Source: Mobula birostris (taxonomy: Eukaryota). Taken from it: a DNA stretch of 64,000 nucleotides. Under the pieces are notes generated by a model. The model was not told the origin of the DNA. It saw only the letters and a list, made by a program, of their open reading frames with translations, and did not search any database. The position numbers and the translations under genes are program-made. The stretch spans positions 11,869,123 through 11,933,122 of the forward strand of contig NC_092380.1 in NCBI RefSeq assembly GCF_030028105.1, written 5' to 3'. This document shows positions 11,980-25,338 of this stretch, one piece after another (position 1 is the first letter of the stretch; every line of letters starts with the position of its first letter).

Positions 11980-12395
11980 TTATAAAAGACCTTCCATTTC
12001 TTTCATGAAAGACTCGTATATGTCATCCTTCGTTTGGATTGAGACAGCTGGCGCAGCCTTTGGTATGGGCTTCGTCGGGGCGACAACCTCTTCCTCTCCT
12101 TTCTTCAGTGGAGCCTGACTCTTACTTTCTCGCTTGACTCGCAAGGCGGTGGGCACAAAGCGGGTGATCTCTGCCTTAGGATTGGTGATCTGGGGCTTTG
12201 CACTGATCGTGGCAATAGCTTTCTTCTCGATGGTGGTGACGTTCTCATCCATCTTCGGCCGCTGAATGAGACTTGGAGGAGCGCTGAGGACACCGGGGTT
12301 CGGCACCGGGGCTGGCGGGAACAATCCTGGGGGCGCGGGACCAAGTGGAGGAGCCAAGGGTGGGCGTATCATACCTGGCCGAGGAGGTGGGATAC
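11980..12395 (-). CDS. WBP11: WW domain-binding protein 11, coding exon 11 (last)
   Basis: GIPPPRPGMIRPP...QTKDDIYESFMKEMEGLL* matches the WBP11 C-terminus; gaag acceptor. Confidence 0.97.
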
Positions 12396-12469
12396 CTTCA
12401 AACAGAAAGGGAAATTTAGACAATTCCAGAAAACCAATGAATAATTACATTTCCTTAAACAATGATAAT

Positions 12470-12478
<9 letters not shown>

Positions 12479-12543
<65 letters not shown>
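12479..12543. repeat. (CA)n microsatellite
   Basis: Uninterrupted AC run. Confidence 0.98.
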
Positions 12544-12545
<2 letters not shown>

Positions 12546-13594
12546 TTTCCTTTTATTTCACAGTCTGGATAGAGTGCTTATGACTCACCTGACTCTTCAA
12601 ATACCACTTTTGATTTACTGTAACTTGTTCAGACTTAGGACATTATATCTACTGTACCTCACAGAAATTGTTATAAGACTACACAAATAAATACATTTTA
12701 TTTCCACATCATATTCTTTAAAGTACTGATTCTGTGTAACAGAAGTCAGATATCATTTACAAGTATTTATCATTTATTTCATCCGCTTTATAAAAGGTAG
12801 CCTTGAACGCAAAAGTCAGCATGTGGAAGGGGGCGATGCGAGAATACAAAGTGACTGCACATTAGGCAGCACTGATGTCAAACTCAAGATCAAAGTCTGA
12901 TGAGTTAAGGGAGTGGGACAATGCTTCAAGGACGATCAGAGACCAAGTCTGTTTTAATGCTCTCGTATGTGGCTCTGATCTGATTGAAGCTTTAATGATA
13001 TTAACAAGGAACATCAAATAGAATCTAGCACTGGAGAGCACAATCCAAGAATTAAGAGCAAGGGCTTTCAGATGTGAAATAAGTAGAAAATGTTTGAAAC
13101 ACTCAGCAAGTCTGGCAGCATCCAAGAAGAAAGAAACCATTTTAGCTCAGACCAACAAGATACTACTGATGTAATAGGTCTTACTGAATAGCAAATCTGG
13201 CTAAGGGGTCTAAAAGATGCTTACACTCCATCCTACAAGTTCAATAATAATTAAATTTGTATTAATGCACATCACTGATATAGTCACATTAGCTTTGAAA
13301 TCAGAAATAAATTTGCTTGAACAGGGAGCATCTCCAATGGGGCAAGGCCAGGCTTGGAATGGAGTTAAGTTGAAGATGAAGTTTTCGAGTTGACAGGATA
13401 ACACCCAAATAAAAATCAGCTGAAAGTAAATAGAGTAGTTGACATTTTATTTACAGTACTCTCACCTAAAGTTTACACCTGTGTCACCTGAGCAACACAC
13501 ACAAACTGCTGGAAAAACACAGCAGGCCAGGCAGCATCTATGGAAAAAAGTACAGTTGACGTTTCGTGCCCAGACCAGTCGGCCTGTATCACCT

Positions 13595-14250
13595 ATTTCA
13601 GAGGAGCTGTCCTGGACTCAGCACACACGTGCAATTATGAAGAAAGCACTGTAGCACCTCTATTTCCTTAGGAGTTTGCAAAGACTTGGCATGACATCCA
13701 AAACTTTGACAAGCTTCTATAGATGTTTGACTAGCTGCATAATAGCCTGGTATGGAAACACCAATGCCCTTGAATGGAAAATCCTTCAACATCTATCATG
13801 GGTAAAGCCCTCCCCACCACTGAGCACATCTACCTGAAATGCTGTCACAGGAAAGCAGCATCCGTCATCATGGACCCCCAACACCCAGGACATGCTCTCT
13901 CCTCATTGCTGCCACCAGGAAGGCAGTACAGGAGCTTCAGGACTCACACCACTAAGTTCGGGAACGGTTATTTACCCTCTCAGTCCTATACGTCACTTGC
14001 CCCATAATTAAAAGGTTCCCACAACCTATGGACTCACTTTCAAGGACTCTTCATCTCAACATTTACTTATTATTATGATTTCTTTCTTTTTGTATTTGCA
14101 GTTTCTTCTGCACACTGGTTGGTACGGTCTTTCACTGATTCTGTTATGGTTAGTATTCTAAAAATTTATTGAGTGTATCTGCAAGGAAATGAATCTCAGG
14201 GTTGTATATGGTGGCATATATGTACTGTGATAATAACCTTACTTTGAACT
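13595..14250 (+). mobile_element. Rex1/Babar LINE 3' fragment, with a TSD-flanked Penelope insert just upstream (about 13490-13582)
   Basis: WTQHTRAIMKKA, HPGHALSSLLPPGRQYRS. Confidence 0.75.
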
Positions 14251-14491
14251 GTATTAAGTGGGACACATACAGACCCACTAACAGGTATGATACAATTAGT
14301 GAAGACACAGGACATTGCCAATGCTGGAATCTGGATCCAAAAACCTGTCGGGGGAACACATTAAGTCAGGTATCTGTGGAGGGAAACAGTTGACGTTTTG
14401 GATCAAGGATTCTCATCTGGACTGAAACAGCCTTTTGACCGCAGTTCATAAGCATATATAATCCGCCGACTCCCAATTTGTTTGAACTTAC

Positions 14492-14674
14492 CTGGGGGTG
14501 CAGGTGGTGGCAATCTTGGAGGGGGTCCTCGGGGTGGTGGGCCTGGAGGAAGGCCTGGCGGGGGTCCTGGTGGTGGGCCTGGAGGTCGCCCTGGTGGTGG
14601 TCCAGGAGGAAGCAGACGTGGAATCGGTCCTCTGATTCCAGGCAACCCTGGTGGTCGTATGAATGGAGGCGCCC
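14492..14674 (-). CDS. WBP11: WBP11 coding exon 10 (Pro-rich)
   Basis: GAPPFIRPPGLPGIRGPIPRLLPPGPPPGRPP...; GT-AG; 183 nt. Confidence 0.97.
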
Positions 14675-14759
14675 CTGTGATAAACAGCACACAGTTAAGT
14701 CAGACTAAACAAGTACTTGAATTAATCCCATAATATACAACGTAACAACCATTACTCTA

Positions 14760-16300
14760 TTAAAGAAAGGAATGAAAATAGGGAACTATAGAGAAACTAG
14801 CTTGATATCAATGGTGGACAAAGGGCTGCAATCTATTATTATAATAAGAGAGAGCTCAAAATAATGGGATTGCACAGTCTGCAAATCTGCTCGTGGTTTT
14901 TTCATGAGAATGGATTAGTGGAATAGATAAAACTAGTTGATATGATGTATTTGGACTTTCAGGTGGCCTTTGAGAAAGGAATCACACAAGAAACTATTGA
15001 ACAAAGTTACAGCACACAGGAATGGGGGCAATTTACTGGAATGAATTGAGAGTTGGCTAATAAACAGAAAAAAAAGGAATAAAACAGATTTGGAGGCTAT
15101 AAGCCACCAGAGTAGGGACTGGTGCTGGGACCTAGCTGTTCACAGCCTAGATCAATGACTTCAATTCAGCACCAAGTATAATATAGACAAGTTTGCTGAT
15201 GATTGTCTGGGATTTGAGGCCACACCTGGAGTACTGTGTGCAGTTCTGGTCTCCTTACTTGAGGAAGGATATACTGGCTTTGGAGGCGGTGCAGAGGAGG
15301 TTCACCAGGTTGATTCCAGAGATCAAGGGGTTAGAATACGAGGAGAGATTGGGACGTCTGGGGCTGTACTCAGTAGAATTCAGAAGAATGAGACGAGACC
15401 TTATAGAAACATATAAAATTATGAAAGTGATAGATAGAGGCAAGAAAGCTGTTTCCACTGGATGGTGAGACTACAACTAGGAGACATAGCCTCAAGATTC
15501 GGGGGAGTAGCTTTAGGATGGAGATGAGGAGGAGCTGCTTTTCCCCAGAGAGTGGTGAATCTGTGGAATTTTCTGCCCAATGAAGCAGTGGAAGCTATCT
15601 CAGTAAATATATTTAAGACATTTTTGGATAGATTTTTGCATTGTACGGGAATTGAGCATTATGGGGAAAAGGCAGATAGATGGAAATGAGTCCATGGCCA
15701 GACCAACTATGATCTTATTGAATAGTGAACGGGTAGATGGCCTACTCCTGCGCCTATTTCTTATGTTCTTATGAGGAAAGTGCAGAGTAACTAAGGGCGA
15801 TATGACCAGGTTAAGTGAACAGGCAAGGACATGGCAAATGAAATAAATATGAAAATGTGCAAGAAAAATGGCAGAGAATCTTTTTTTAATTAAAAAATTG
15901 AAAGATTCAAAGTGTCCCGGTACCCGAATCACTCAGAGTTAATTTACAGGTACAGGAAGCAATTTGGAAAGCATTTGGAAAACCTTTATTGCAAGAGTAT
16001 TTGAGTAGCGAAGTAGAGACATTTTGCTCTAATTATTGAGGGCTCTGGTGAGAATCCATTTTGAATATTGTGAATACAGTAGGTCTGATCTCAGAACAAA
16101 GGACTTGCAATGGAGATAGGAAAGCTGAAGTTTGTTAGGCAAGAGAGATTAACAGGTTAAATGCAGGGATGATGTTTCTCCAATCTGTGGTGTCCAGAAC
16201 TAGGGGTCGATCTGAAAATAAATCATTGACTAATCAGGATAGAAAATTTCCTTACCTAGAAGACAATGAATTCTTGGAATTCTTGAACTAAGAGGATTGT
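14760..16300 (+). mobile_element. Old CR1 with a younger CR1 3' fragment nested at about 15215-15772
   Basis: Decayed YLDFQ.AF and LGP.LF flanks; RPHLEYCVQFWSPYLRKD in the inner copy. Confidence 0.8.
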
Positions 16301-16764
16301 GATTAGATTGGATTGGGTTTATTAGTCATTTGAGACGGAGAGCACTTGGTAAACGCACTCCGTACATAACACACATTCACTTACAAACGAACATCGCCTT
16401 GCCATTCTGCTGTTGTTGTGGTGGTGAGTGCACACACTTCAATGTCTTCCCTGGTCTACCAACTGTTTTCCCTCCGCATTGCTGCATACATTCAGAATCA
16501 GACACCAAAGTTTAGTTCAATTCTAAACCGAGCTGATACGCTCGAGTTGGCTTTATGGTGCCTTTCTCACCATACAACATGGCGGAATATTCATTTCTTT
16601 AGTAATGGGGATGTGAAAATGTGTCTATGTTGTTTGTATGCTGCATTTAAGGTAGATACTTCTGTTTATTTTGTAATATGATTGTCACTACACTGTGGGG
16701 TGCATCGTATTCTAATTTGTGTGTAGTCTTAACTTTGTTAGTAATTAAAGATATATGTCCCAAT

Positions 16765-16933
16765 CAACACACACAAAGTGCTGGAGGAACTCAGCAAGCC
16801 AGGCAGCATCTGTGGAAAAGGGTACAGTCGACATTTCTGGCCTGCTGTTTTTCTCGGGGAGTGGGGGAGGGAGAGAGGGGGAGGAGGGAGGAGAGGAGGG
16901 GGGGGAGAGAGAGAGAGAGATATGAGATAGACG

Positions 16934-16988
<55 letters not shown>

Positions 16989-17026
16989 CGTTCGACTCCG
17001 AGCATCTGCAGATTTTCTCTTCTCTG
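16765..17026. mobile_element. Penelope-derived insertion containing a GA-rich tract and a (GT)n microsatellite (about 16937-16986)
   Basis: pLTR ends on both sides; 9-bp TSD tgtcccaat at 16756-16764 and 17027-17035. Confidence 0.75.
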
Positions 17027-17970
17027 TGTCCCAATGCCAAAAAAAAGCTCTTTGCCCTCAGTACCAGAGAGATAGGGGCTGCGAAGAGGTACCACTGGAC
17101 AAGAATAAGTACTGGGCTTTATTGTGTTTACCTGTAGATATCATTTTGTAAATACTTGCATTTTTTCTTTTCACTAATTTTTGTAAGTTTGATTTTTGAC
17201 ACACCTAATAAACACCCATGCACTATAGTGCTAGGCAACTCCAGCCAGTTTTTACTTCGGTCATAACCCACGTATCTAACGCACATATACATTAAAACAC
17301 AGAGTTATATGCATTGTTTGCATTAACCAACACGGTCTAGGGATGTACTGGGAGCAGCCCACAAGTGGTGTCACACCTCCGACGCCAGCGTAACACAGCA
17401 CGTCCAACAGAACAAACTGACGTCAAGATACAACAAGACAAACACCACTACAGCAAACCAACCCCCTTTCTACTCCCCAACCAGGGATCACTGACCCTCA
17501 TCGTCACAGTCCTCTGACTGCAGTCCTTGAACTTGGGGTTCACATCCTCTTCATCCTCTGCTGATTCTTGTTGATGAGTACAGTATATTAAAATCTAAAC
17601 ATGTATGCATGCCTGGTATTAAGGCAATCAATGGATTATGGGGTTTGTGCAAGAGAGTAGCTCTGAGGTAAAAGATCATATATGATCTTAGTGAATGGAG
17701 AAGTTAAACAGGCAAATGCCTCTGCTCTTATGACTAATTAAAATAATTAAACTTCTACACACATTTTTACACATTCAATGTTACAGGGTTCCATAAAAAT
17801 TTCACTTTGCTTTTTAAATTTTCAAATACATGATTTAATTTAAAGGGACGTTCCTTCAGTGCCTCTCCCAAATGTGCTGGAACAACCTGCAAGCTGAGTA
17901 GCTGGACAATCACAGAGAAAGGACAGGAGTCAAAGATTTATTATGGATGGCAGATCTATTATGGATGGCA

Positions 17971-18370
17971 GGGGGGATCTTATTGAAATGTATAAAATTC
18001 TAAAGGGATTGGACAGGCTAGATGCAGGAAGATTGTTCCCGATGTTGGGGAAGTCCAGAACGAGGGGTCACAGTTTGAGGATAAAGGGGAAGCCTTTTAG
18101 GACTGAGATGAGGAAAAACTTCTTCCCACAGAGAGTGGTGAATCTGTGGAATTCTCTGCCACAGGAAACAGTTGAGGCCAGTTCATTGGCTATGTTTAAG
18201 AGGGAGTCAGATATGGCCCTTGTGGCTAAAGGGATCAGGGGGTATGGAGAGAAGGCAGGTACAGGGTTCTGAGTTGGATGATCAGCCATGATCATACTGA
18301 ATGGCAGCACAGGCTCAAAGGGCCGAATGGCCTACTCCTGCACCTATTTTCTATGTCTATGTTTCTATGT
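17971..18370 (+). mobile_element. CR1 3' end, young
   Basis: GDLIEMYKILKGLDR...; (tttctatg) tail. Confidence 0.9.
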
Positions 18371-19069
18371 TTTTCCCCTGATCCAAGCATGGCTGAATAT
18401 TAAACTAATAAATGGGAGAACTGTCACTCATGAAGAAAGGAGAAATTATTTTAGACACAAAGTGAAATAAATAAAGAACTTGGGCATTCAGCATAAGTGA
18501 GATCTCACCACACTGCCAATAGTATGCCTCAAGCCAACATGCACATCCAGTTAATAAAAAAAACTAAATTTGCTGTTTGATTTACTCCCATCCATTCAAT
18601 TATTTGTATTTTATTTTAACAAGTAATATTATATCCCAACTCAAACATCACTGCTCTTTAGCTGTTCAAGGCTTAGAAATCTATAAACACACAAGGCAAA
18701 GATTTTCACCACTCTTCGCCAGACTTTCACCGATGACAAGATTTGAGAAGCAGCTATCCATAACTGTTCGTTAAAAGAAGCATTATTACTCTAACTGCAT
18801 TGCTAGTTATCACAGAATAAACTGCTTGTGGGTAAGTTTGAATTTGATGTGTCAAGAGGAATCCATGTTTCATTTTACCTTCCAGTTCTCCACCGTGCTT
18901 CAACTGTATTAGCTCAGATCCACTCGAGTTAGACAGAGCAACTTCAAACATCTACTGGTACAGTAGATAGTGCAAGGACACAGCATGATGCTTATTTCAA
19001 ATGTTCAGTTTCCATCATAAACAGTCACATCATTGGGAGCCATTTCAATACTTCAATCTTGTTTCCTAC

Positions 19070-19351
19070 CTGGGGGTGGTCCTGGTGGTAGACCAGATGG
19101 TGGCCCTGGGGGTCTTAGTGGGGGTGCAGGTGGAGGTCCAAGCGGAGGAGGCCCAGGCATCGGTGGAGCTTGCATCGGTGCTCTGGGAGGCATCTGGGTT
19201 GGCGGTGGTACCTGTGGCCCCTCTGGCTGGCTTTCCTCCAGCTGTCGCTTTTCACGATTCTGTTCCTCTGTATCCATCTTCTCTTCTTCAGCGGCTGCCT
19301 CAGGAGTGGGCTCCTCTTCCTCCTCCTCCTCCTCCTCTGGGAAATCTTGTC
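19070..19351 (-). CDS. WBP11: WBP11 coding exon 9
   Basis: GQDFPEEEEEEEEEPTPEAAAEEEK...QAPPMPGPPPLGPPPAPPLRPPGPPSGLPPGPPP; 282 nt. Confidence 0.97.
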
Positions 19352-19734
19352 CTGTTAGAAAGCAGATACTGCATTTTAATTTCTAATTACAATTTTCTTA
19401 GACACAACACATTCTACCTTTCACTGCATCCTTTTAGATTAATTTCCAAACTACTGATAGGAAATACATTTGTTTCCATATTTTAGGTCATCATCATGAA
19501 TGGAAAACAGCTGAGGGCAAGAAATGATCCTGAAGTAACTCAATCAGTGACACCCTGTTGCTCCATCAATCAACATCCAACCCATGGTTACATATTATCC
19601 CAATTCAATGAATCCTAATCTCGTGCAACAATTCTTTGTGAGAGTTTACATGATTACATACACAACAAAGCCGAGTACTATGGTATACTACCCTGGGTAA
19701 ATTTTGCTGACTTACGTTAGTTTTAAAAATATGT

Positions 19735-20180
19735 GGCCCTGAATTTCTATAGATATACCGTGGAGAGCATTCTAACACCGTCTGGTACGGTTGGGGGGGG
19801 TGGGGGGGGTTGCTACTGCACAGGATCGAAACAAGGTGCAGAAAGTTGTGAACTCAGTCAGCTCCATCATGGGCACTGGCCTCCGTGGTATCCAGGACAT
19901 CTTCAAGGAGCGACGCCTCAAAAAGGCAGTGTCCACCATTAAGGAGCCCATCACCCAGGTCATGCCTTGTTCTCATTGCTACCATCAGGGAGGAGGTACA
20001 GAAGCCTGAGGACACACACTCAATGATTCAGGAACAGCTTCTTCCCCTGTGCCATCCGATTTCTGAATGGACACTGAACCCACGAAGATTTTTCTTCTTA
20101 TTATGTACTGCATTGTGCTGCTGCTGCAAAGACACCAAATTTCACGACATACACTGGTGATATTAAACCTGATTCCAAAA
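19735..20180 (+). mobile_element. Rex1/Babar LINE 3' fragment
   Basis: NFYRYTVESILT, QDRNKVQKVVNS. Confidence 0.75.
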
Positions 20181-20834
20181 TTCTACAAGATCTCTATCAG
20201 TCTCCAATTGCAACATCAGCAGAAGACAAGAACTCAAGAGAAAACGTGTAAGGTGTATATATTTAAATAAGAGGACCTCTATGGAATTTCAGGGCCCACT
20301 TCTACTTCACAGAAGTGCTTTCTAACTCATGTCTATTTGATCTTTCAGGACTTCCTTTACACTTCACCATCCCCACCCCCAACAATACAAATTAATTATC
20401 TTCCACTGCATCAATTATCATTCCAGTTCAATTACAAAGGCAAATCCTTTGTCATCTGCCACAGCCAGCCATTCTTCATGTGATCCTTGACAGGTAGTTA
20501 TTTCACATGGTGAGGCAAGCCTGAACTAACGTATGTAAAGGTATCTCTAGTTATTGCTCAGCAGTTGAATTTTCCTGAGATAATACCAAGACCAACGTGA
20601 GGGCTAATAAATTATACATTTCAATATCACAGAATTACCTCATGAAAAAAAGATAATACAAAAGAGAATAATTAGAACATCAGGTCCGTGCTGTCTCTTT
20701 GAAAGAGTAATTGGTCTGGACAGCTCTTACACCAAATGGTGGCTCTATGGCCAATTCCTGCTTATTTTTCCCAATTCAGCAAGTTCAGGTTCTTACGCAA
20801 TACCCTTTTATAATGACTTAAATCATTTACTTAA

Positions 20835-21198
20835 AGGGTGGCAGGGTGAAGATATGTTGCTACCAAAAGAGGTGTAAGCATTCCTTCCCTCTGCTAGCTT
20901 GCAGGTCACCCTTGGGCAAAGTGTAGCACCTGCTTAGCCACGCGATCATAGTTACATGAAGCCATGGAACAGGTGGTGGATGGTTGTATGAGCAGCTGGT
21001 GCATACCACAAGTCCTGGTTATGTGACCACTGACACCAGGCAGACAATCTCTGAACAGTATTGATAATGGCTGGGGCCACCATCTTCTAAAGGCACTGTC
21101 CAGAAGAAGGCAATTGTAAACCACCTCTGTAGAAAATTTTGCCTAGAACAATCACGATCGCCTACATCATACAACACGGCAGATAATGATGATGATGA
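20835..21198 (+). mobile_element. RTE-related non-autonomous element/SINE with (GAT)n tail
   Basis: Same family on the minus strand at 63757-64000; ggcaattgtaaaccacct resembles RTE UTR sequence. Confidence 0.55.
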
Positions 21199-21546
21199 AA
21201 GGATTTAGCAACCACCACTTTAATAAGATCTTTTAGATCCCAACGTCTCCGACTGACAAAAATTACACGTTAATTTCTTACACTACATCCCACTCTTTAG
21301 ACGTGTCCAATAACTGGTTCACAGACCTAATGGAATATGCCTTTGTTTGTTTACTTCGATTCCTGATGTTAAATGTTTCCAATCTGTAGAGCTGTAGTAT
21401 TGTTTCCCCCATTAGTATTATCTGTTGGCTTTTTACAAATGTTCTGTCCATGATCAGCCAACTCAGCATTTTCTGCAGATCAATGCTTGGGACTTTTCTG
21501 GGCTTGCAGGTAAGGAAACAATAGGAAAGTTACTTAAGAAGTTACC

Positions 21547-22240
21547 TAGTGTGGAGGAGCAGAGGGATCTCGGGATACATCTCCACAGATCCCTGAAAGT
21601 TGCCTCACAGGTGGATAGGGTAGTTAAGAAAGCTTATGGGGTGTCAGCTTTTATAAGTCGAGGGATAGAGTTTAAGAGTCGTGGGGTAATGATGCAGCTC
21701 TATAAAACTCTGGTTAGGCCACATTTGGAGTACTGTGTCCAGTTCTGGTCACCTCACTATAGGAAGGATGTAGAAGCATTGGAAAGGGTACAGAGGAGAT
21801 TTACCAGGATGCTGCCTGGTTTAGAAAGTATGCATTATGATCAGAGATTAAGGGAGCTAGGGCTTTACTCTTTGGAGAGGAGGAGGATGAGAGGAGACAT
21901 GATAGAGGTGTACAAGATAATAAGAGGAATAGATAGAGTGGATAACCAGCGCCTCTTCCCCAGGGCACCACTGCTCAAAACAAGAGGACATGGCTTTAAG
22001 GTAAGGGGTGGGAAGTTCAAGGGGGATATTAGAGGAAGGTTTTTTTACTCAGAGAGTGGTTTGTGCGTGGAATGCACTGCCTGAGTCAGTGGTGGAAGCA
22101 GATACACTAGTGAAGTTTAAGAGACTACTAGACAGGTATATGGAGGAATTTAAGGTGGGGGCTTATATGGGAGGCAGGGTTTGAGGGTCAGCACAACATT
22201 GTGGGCCGAAGGGCCTGTACTGTGCTGTACTGTTCTATGT
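21547..22240 (+). mobile_element. CR1 3' fragment
   Basis: EEQRDLGIHLH...RPHLEYCVQFWSPHYRKD...RGHGFK. Confidence 0.9.
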
Positions 22241-22350
22241 CGACTGCTTGTACAAGTTATCTGTATACTATCTCTTAAAGTGCATCAATGCCATCATTTC
22301 ATTCCCTCTGACAGATCACTGGTCTCTCAGTGAAGGGTATTATCACTCAC

Positions 22351-22452
22351 CTGCCATTCGAAGCATCATGGCCTGCAGAGGAGTCAGCTCCTTCATGTTT
22401 TTCTTTTTCTTCTTGTGTTTGTCCTGCACATCTGCAAACCGCACAGTACGTC
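22351..22452 (-). CDS. WBP11: WBP11 coding exon 8 (RVxF motif RTVRF, basic NLS-like stretch)
   Basis: GRTVRFADVQDKHKKKKKNMKELTPLQAMMLRMA; 102 nt. Confidence 0.97.
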
Positions 22453-22565
22453 CTGAGGAGAAACATTGAAATATTTCAATGTTCTTATAAAAAGCCACAT
22501 AAAATGAAGGACACAGCAGTCAAGCCATGAGGAAGTGCCACCAATCCCCACTCTCATGAAAATAC

Positions 22566-22766
22566 CTGGCTTATCATCGTCCAACCTGTCATCATCTTCA
22601 TCCCGGTGCCGAAAATCATCATCATCATCACTGTCTTTATCCTTTGAATCATCACTGTCTTCATCTTGATCATCTCGATCTCCATCTTGATCCTGCTCCA
22701 TGCCATCGTTGTAATCATCATCCCCACTGTCTTCCTCCTCCTCATCCTCCTGCATATCCTGAATTG
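22566..22766 (-). CDS. WBP11: WBP11 coding exon 7 (acidic)
   Basis: AIQDMQEDEEEEDSGDDDY...DDDKP; 201 nt, phase 1-1. Confidence 0.93.
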
Positions 22767-22920
22767 CTAAAAGGCAAAGGTCAGGTTGGAATCATATACA
22801 CAGTAACCACAGGCACTACAGAATTAACATTCCCAAAATTACACTCTCACACTATCCCAGCACAGTCATTCAGTATCAAAGCAGGGAGCTCAGCAGCCTC
22901 TCTAAAACATGATGTCTTAC

Positions 22921-23120
22921 CAGTTTCAGGATCGTAGACATTATCGTCATCCTTTCCCTTCAGAGGTAAACCTGGAGGAGGGCCCATCCTTCGGGCATAA
23001 AGTGCTAACACCTGTGGTGGTGGAGGACCTGGCGGAGGACCGGGTGGCTTCTTACCAGGCGGCAACCGTGGAACCCCGTAAGAAGGAAGTGGTATAAGTG
23101 TAACAGGTTTGGAGGGTGGC
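22921..23120 (-). CDS. WBP11: WBP11 coding exon 6
   Basis: PPSKPVTLIPLPSYGVPRLPPGKKPPGPPPGPPPPQV...; 200 nt. Confidence 0.96.
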
Positions 23121-24308
23121 CTGAAGAACAAAAATAGTTAATTTATGATGACTTTTTCCCCTCCTATAAAGACCAAATTAAAAATTAAAATTCATGCATG
23201 TCTGTAATCTCAGGTACTCAGTCTAACATACCATGGAGAGTCAGTACCATGTTATGATAAAACATTCATAGAAACATATGATAAAACATTCATAAAAACA
23301 TACATAGAAAATAGGTGCAGGAGTAGGCCATTCGGCCCTTCGAGCCTGCACCGCCACTTATTATGATCATGGCTGATCATCCAACTCAGAACCCCGCCCC
23401 TTCGATTTATTTACCTCACTTCTACATTGATATTAATATTAAAGATTCTGGCCACGCACTTACTAAAAGTTTGTCCCAAAATGAACTGATAGACAAATGC
23501 AATGCCTTTAATATGAGGGCTGAATTACATCCAACTTTATCTTAACCAAAAGATATGATTTTACCTGTGTAATATCACTACTTATCATAAACATTTCCAC
23601 TATATTTCATTGTACCATCAAGTGTGGAAAAGACACCATACACCTAAGTCTTAAAATCCACGTCAAAAGATTCACGCCACCATACATCTCTCACCTGAAA
23701 TTGCTCTCCGTGATCAAAGGATGGTATAAACCATTAAAGTAGTCATTTTCATCTAAAGACCAGCTTCATTTGTCACAGCGAAATGCATCATTTGCGACAA
23801 ATCAATCAGTGAGGATTGTGTTGGGCAGCCTGTGTTGCCGCACTTCCGGCAGCATCACAGTATGCCCACAAGTCATTAACCCTAACAGTGGGAGGAAACC
23901 AGAACACCCAGTGGAAACCCAAGCAATCATAGAAAGAACATACAAACTCCTTACAGACAGCAGTAGGTATCGAACCCCAATCTTACAGCACCTCTACTGC
24001 CCCCCACCCCGTATGCTACATCTGTACCAGGCAGCTTCAATAAGCAATAAGCTGACTGTTCACATCACTCCACTTCTCACACTTAACCAGAAAAATAGTC
24101 CTAATTAACAAACCCACTCTAATTAGGATTTTCCTGGTGTAAGTAGCAAGAAGTGTTATGTGCCCATAAATTTTTCTTTAATATATTTAAGATCTAGATA
24201 CGAATAGACAAAGAGTTTCATATCTTAAACATAATACTTGTAACTTTAAATATTCCCCGCTCAATTTCTTGCCAAAGGATCTGCTTGTACAATTTAATTA
24301 CTGCTCAC

Positions 24309-24442
24309 CCATAAGCTGATGTTTTCTTCAATATTGAGGGTGGTTGAGCTCCCGGGAGGGGTATGTCCTGAATCATAATGTTTGACGGCGCATGAGGCAT
24401 ATCTGGTAGTGGAATACTCTCCACCTCCACATGCTGGGCATT
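24309..24442 (-). CDS. WBP11: WBP11 coding exon 5
   Basis: NAQHVEVESIPLPDMPHAPSNIMIQDIPLPGAQPPSILKKTSAYG; 134 nt. Confidence 0.98.
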
Positions 24443-24947
24443 CTGTTCAGAAAACAAGCAAAAAAGCCACACTGTAACTAATGCTCCTCCACAGAATTTT
24501 TTAAAAAGTAAAATCACAACCTTGTGGCACCAACAACAATGATCTTTGATGTATATTATTCCAATCATTCATGTTCTTCGCTTTGGATGCTTCTCAAAGG
24601 TGAAGTCGGCAGAAATCTACAAAGAACTGTACTGGAATTACAAGCGTCCAACAGCAGAGATCAGCTTGAATGGTTCCTGAATAATTACCACTTACATCAG
24701 GGTGGTGGTGGGGGGTGTAAAACAGTGGACCGGAAAACTGGCTTGATATTTAAAAGTTCTAACGAAACCGAAGGAGAGCAATGGTATCTTCAGGGACTGT
24801 TTCAGTACAAGGTACTTATTTTAAATGCACAGACTCCTCAATTCTTAGAAAAGACAAACTAGTTATTTTAATAACATTAATTGAAATCATTAGCCACGCT
24901 TTTCTCATTAATAACTGTTCCTATCTGTCATTTCTACTGGGCTCAGA

Positions 24948-25338
24948 CCTCCAAGAGAACTTGTGTTGGGTTGGAGGCTTGCGTGCTTCAATGACCCGGA
25001 GAGCGATGTTGGCTGGAGTCAGGGCTTTATGCTTTGGCTCTTGGTTGGGTCACCAACGCCAAAAATGGCAAACGGTAGAGGGGTCCACCGGTCCTGCAGG
25101 TTCAGGGGTTCAGCTCAGAGCTAACAACCCTGACTGGTAAAACAAAATTGTTACCAAAACACCAATGAAGAATCCTTCTACCTCTGAGTGAGACGGTATT
25201 CCTGAGTCTCTACCCGGGACTTGCATGACCGACAGTAGTGAAAGCAGAGAGGAAGCTACTGACATGAAGGAAACTCTGAACACTGCTAGAGATGACCTTC
25301 ACTGCTGCGCTAAATGCCAGCCCCGTAATGGCAGTAAG
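24948..25338 (+). mobile_element. RTE-derived bipartite non-autonomous element
   Basis: 13-bp TSD tactgggctcaga; ggaggcttgcgtg...gggtcacc RTE-type 5' motif; 3' end resembles the RTE tail at about 62870. Confidence 0.65.

Noticed and set aside
12266-19486. Gly-rich plus-strand ORFs (12266-12583, 14482-14733, 19033-19386)
   Set aside because: They are antisense shadows of the Pro-rich WBP11 exons
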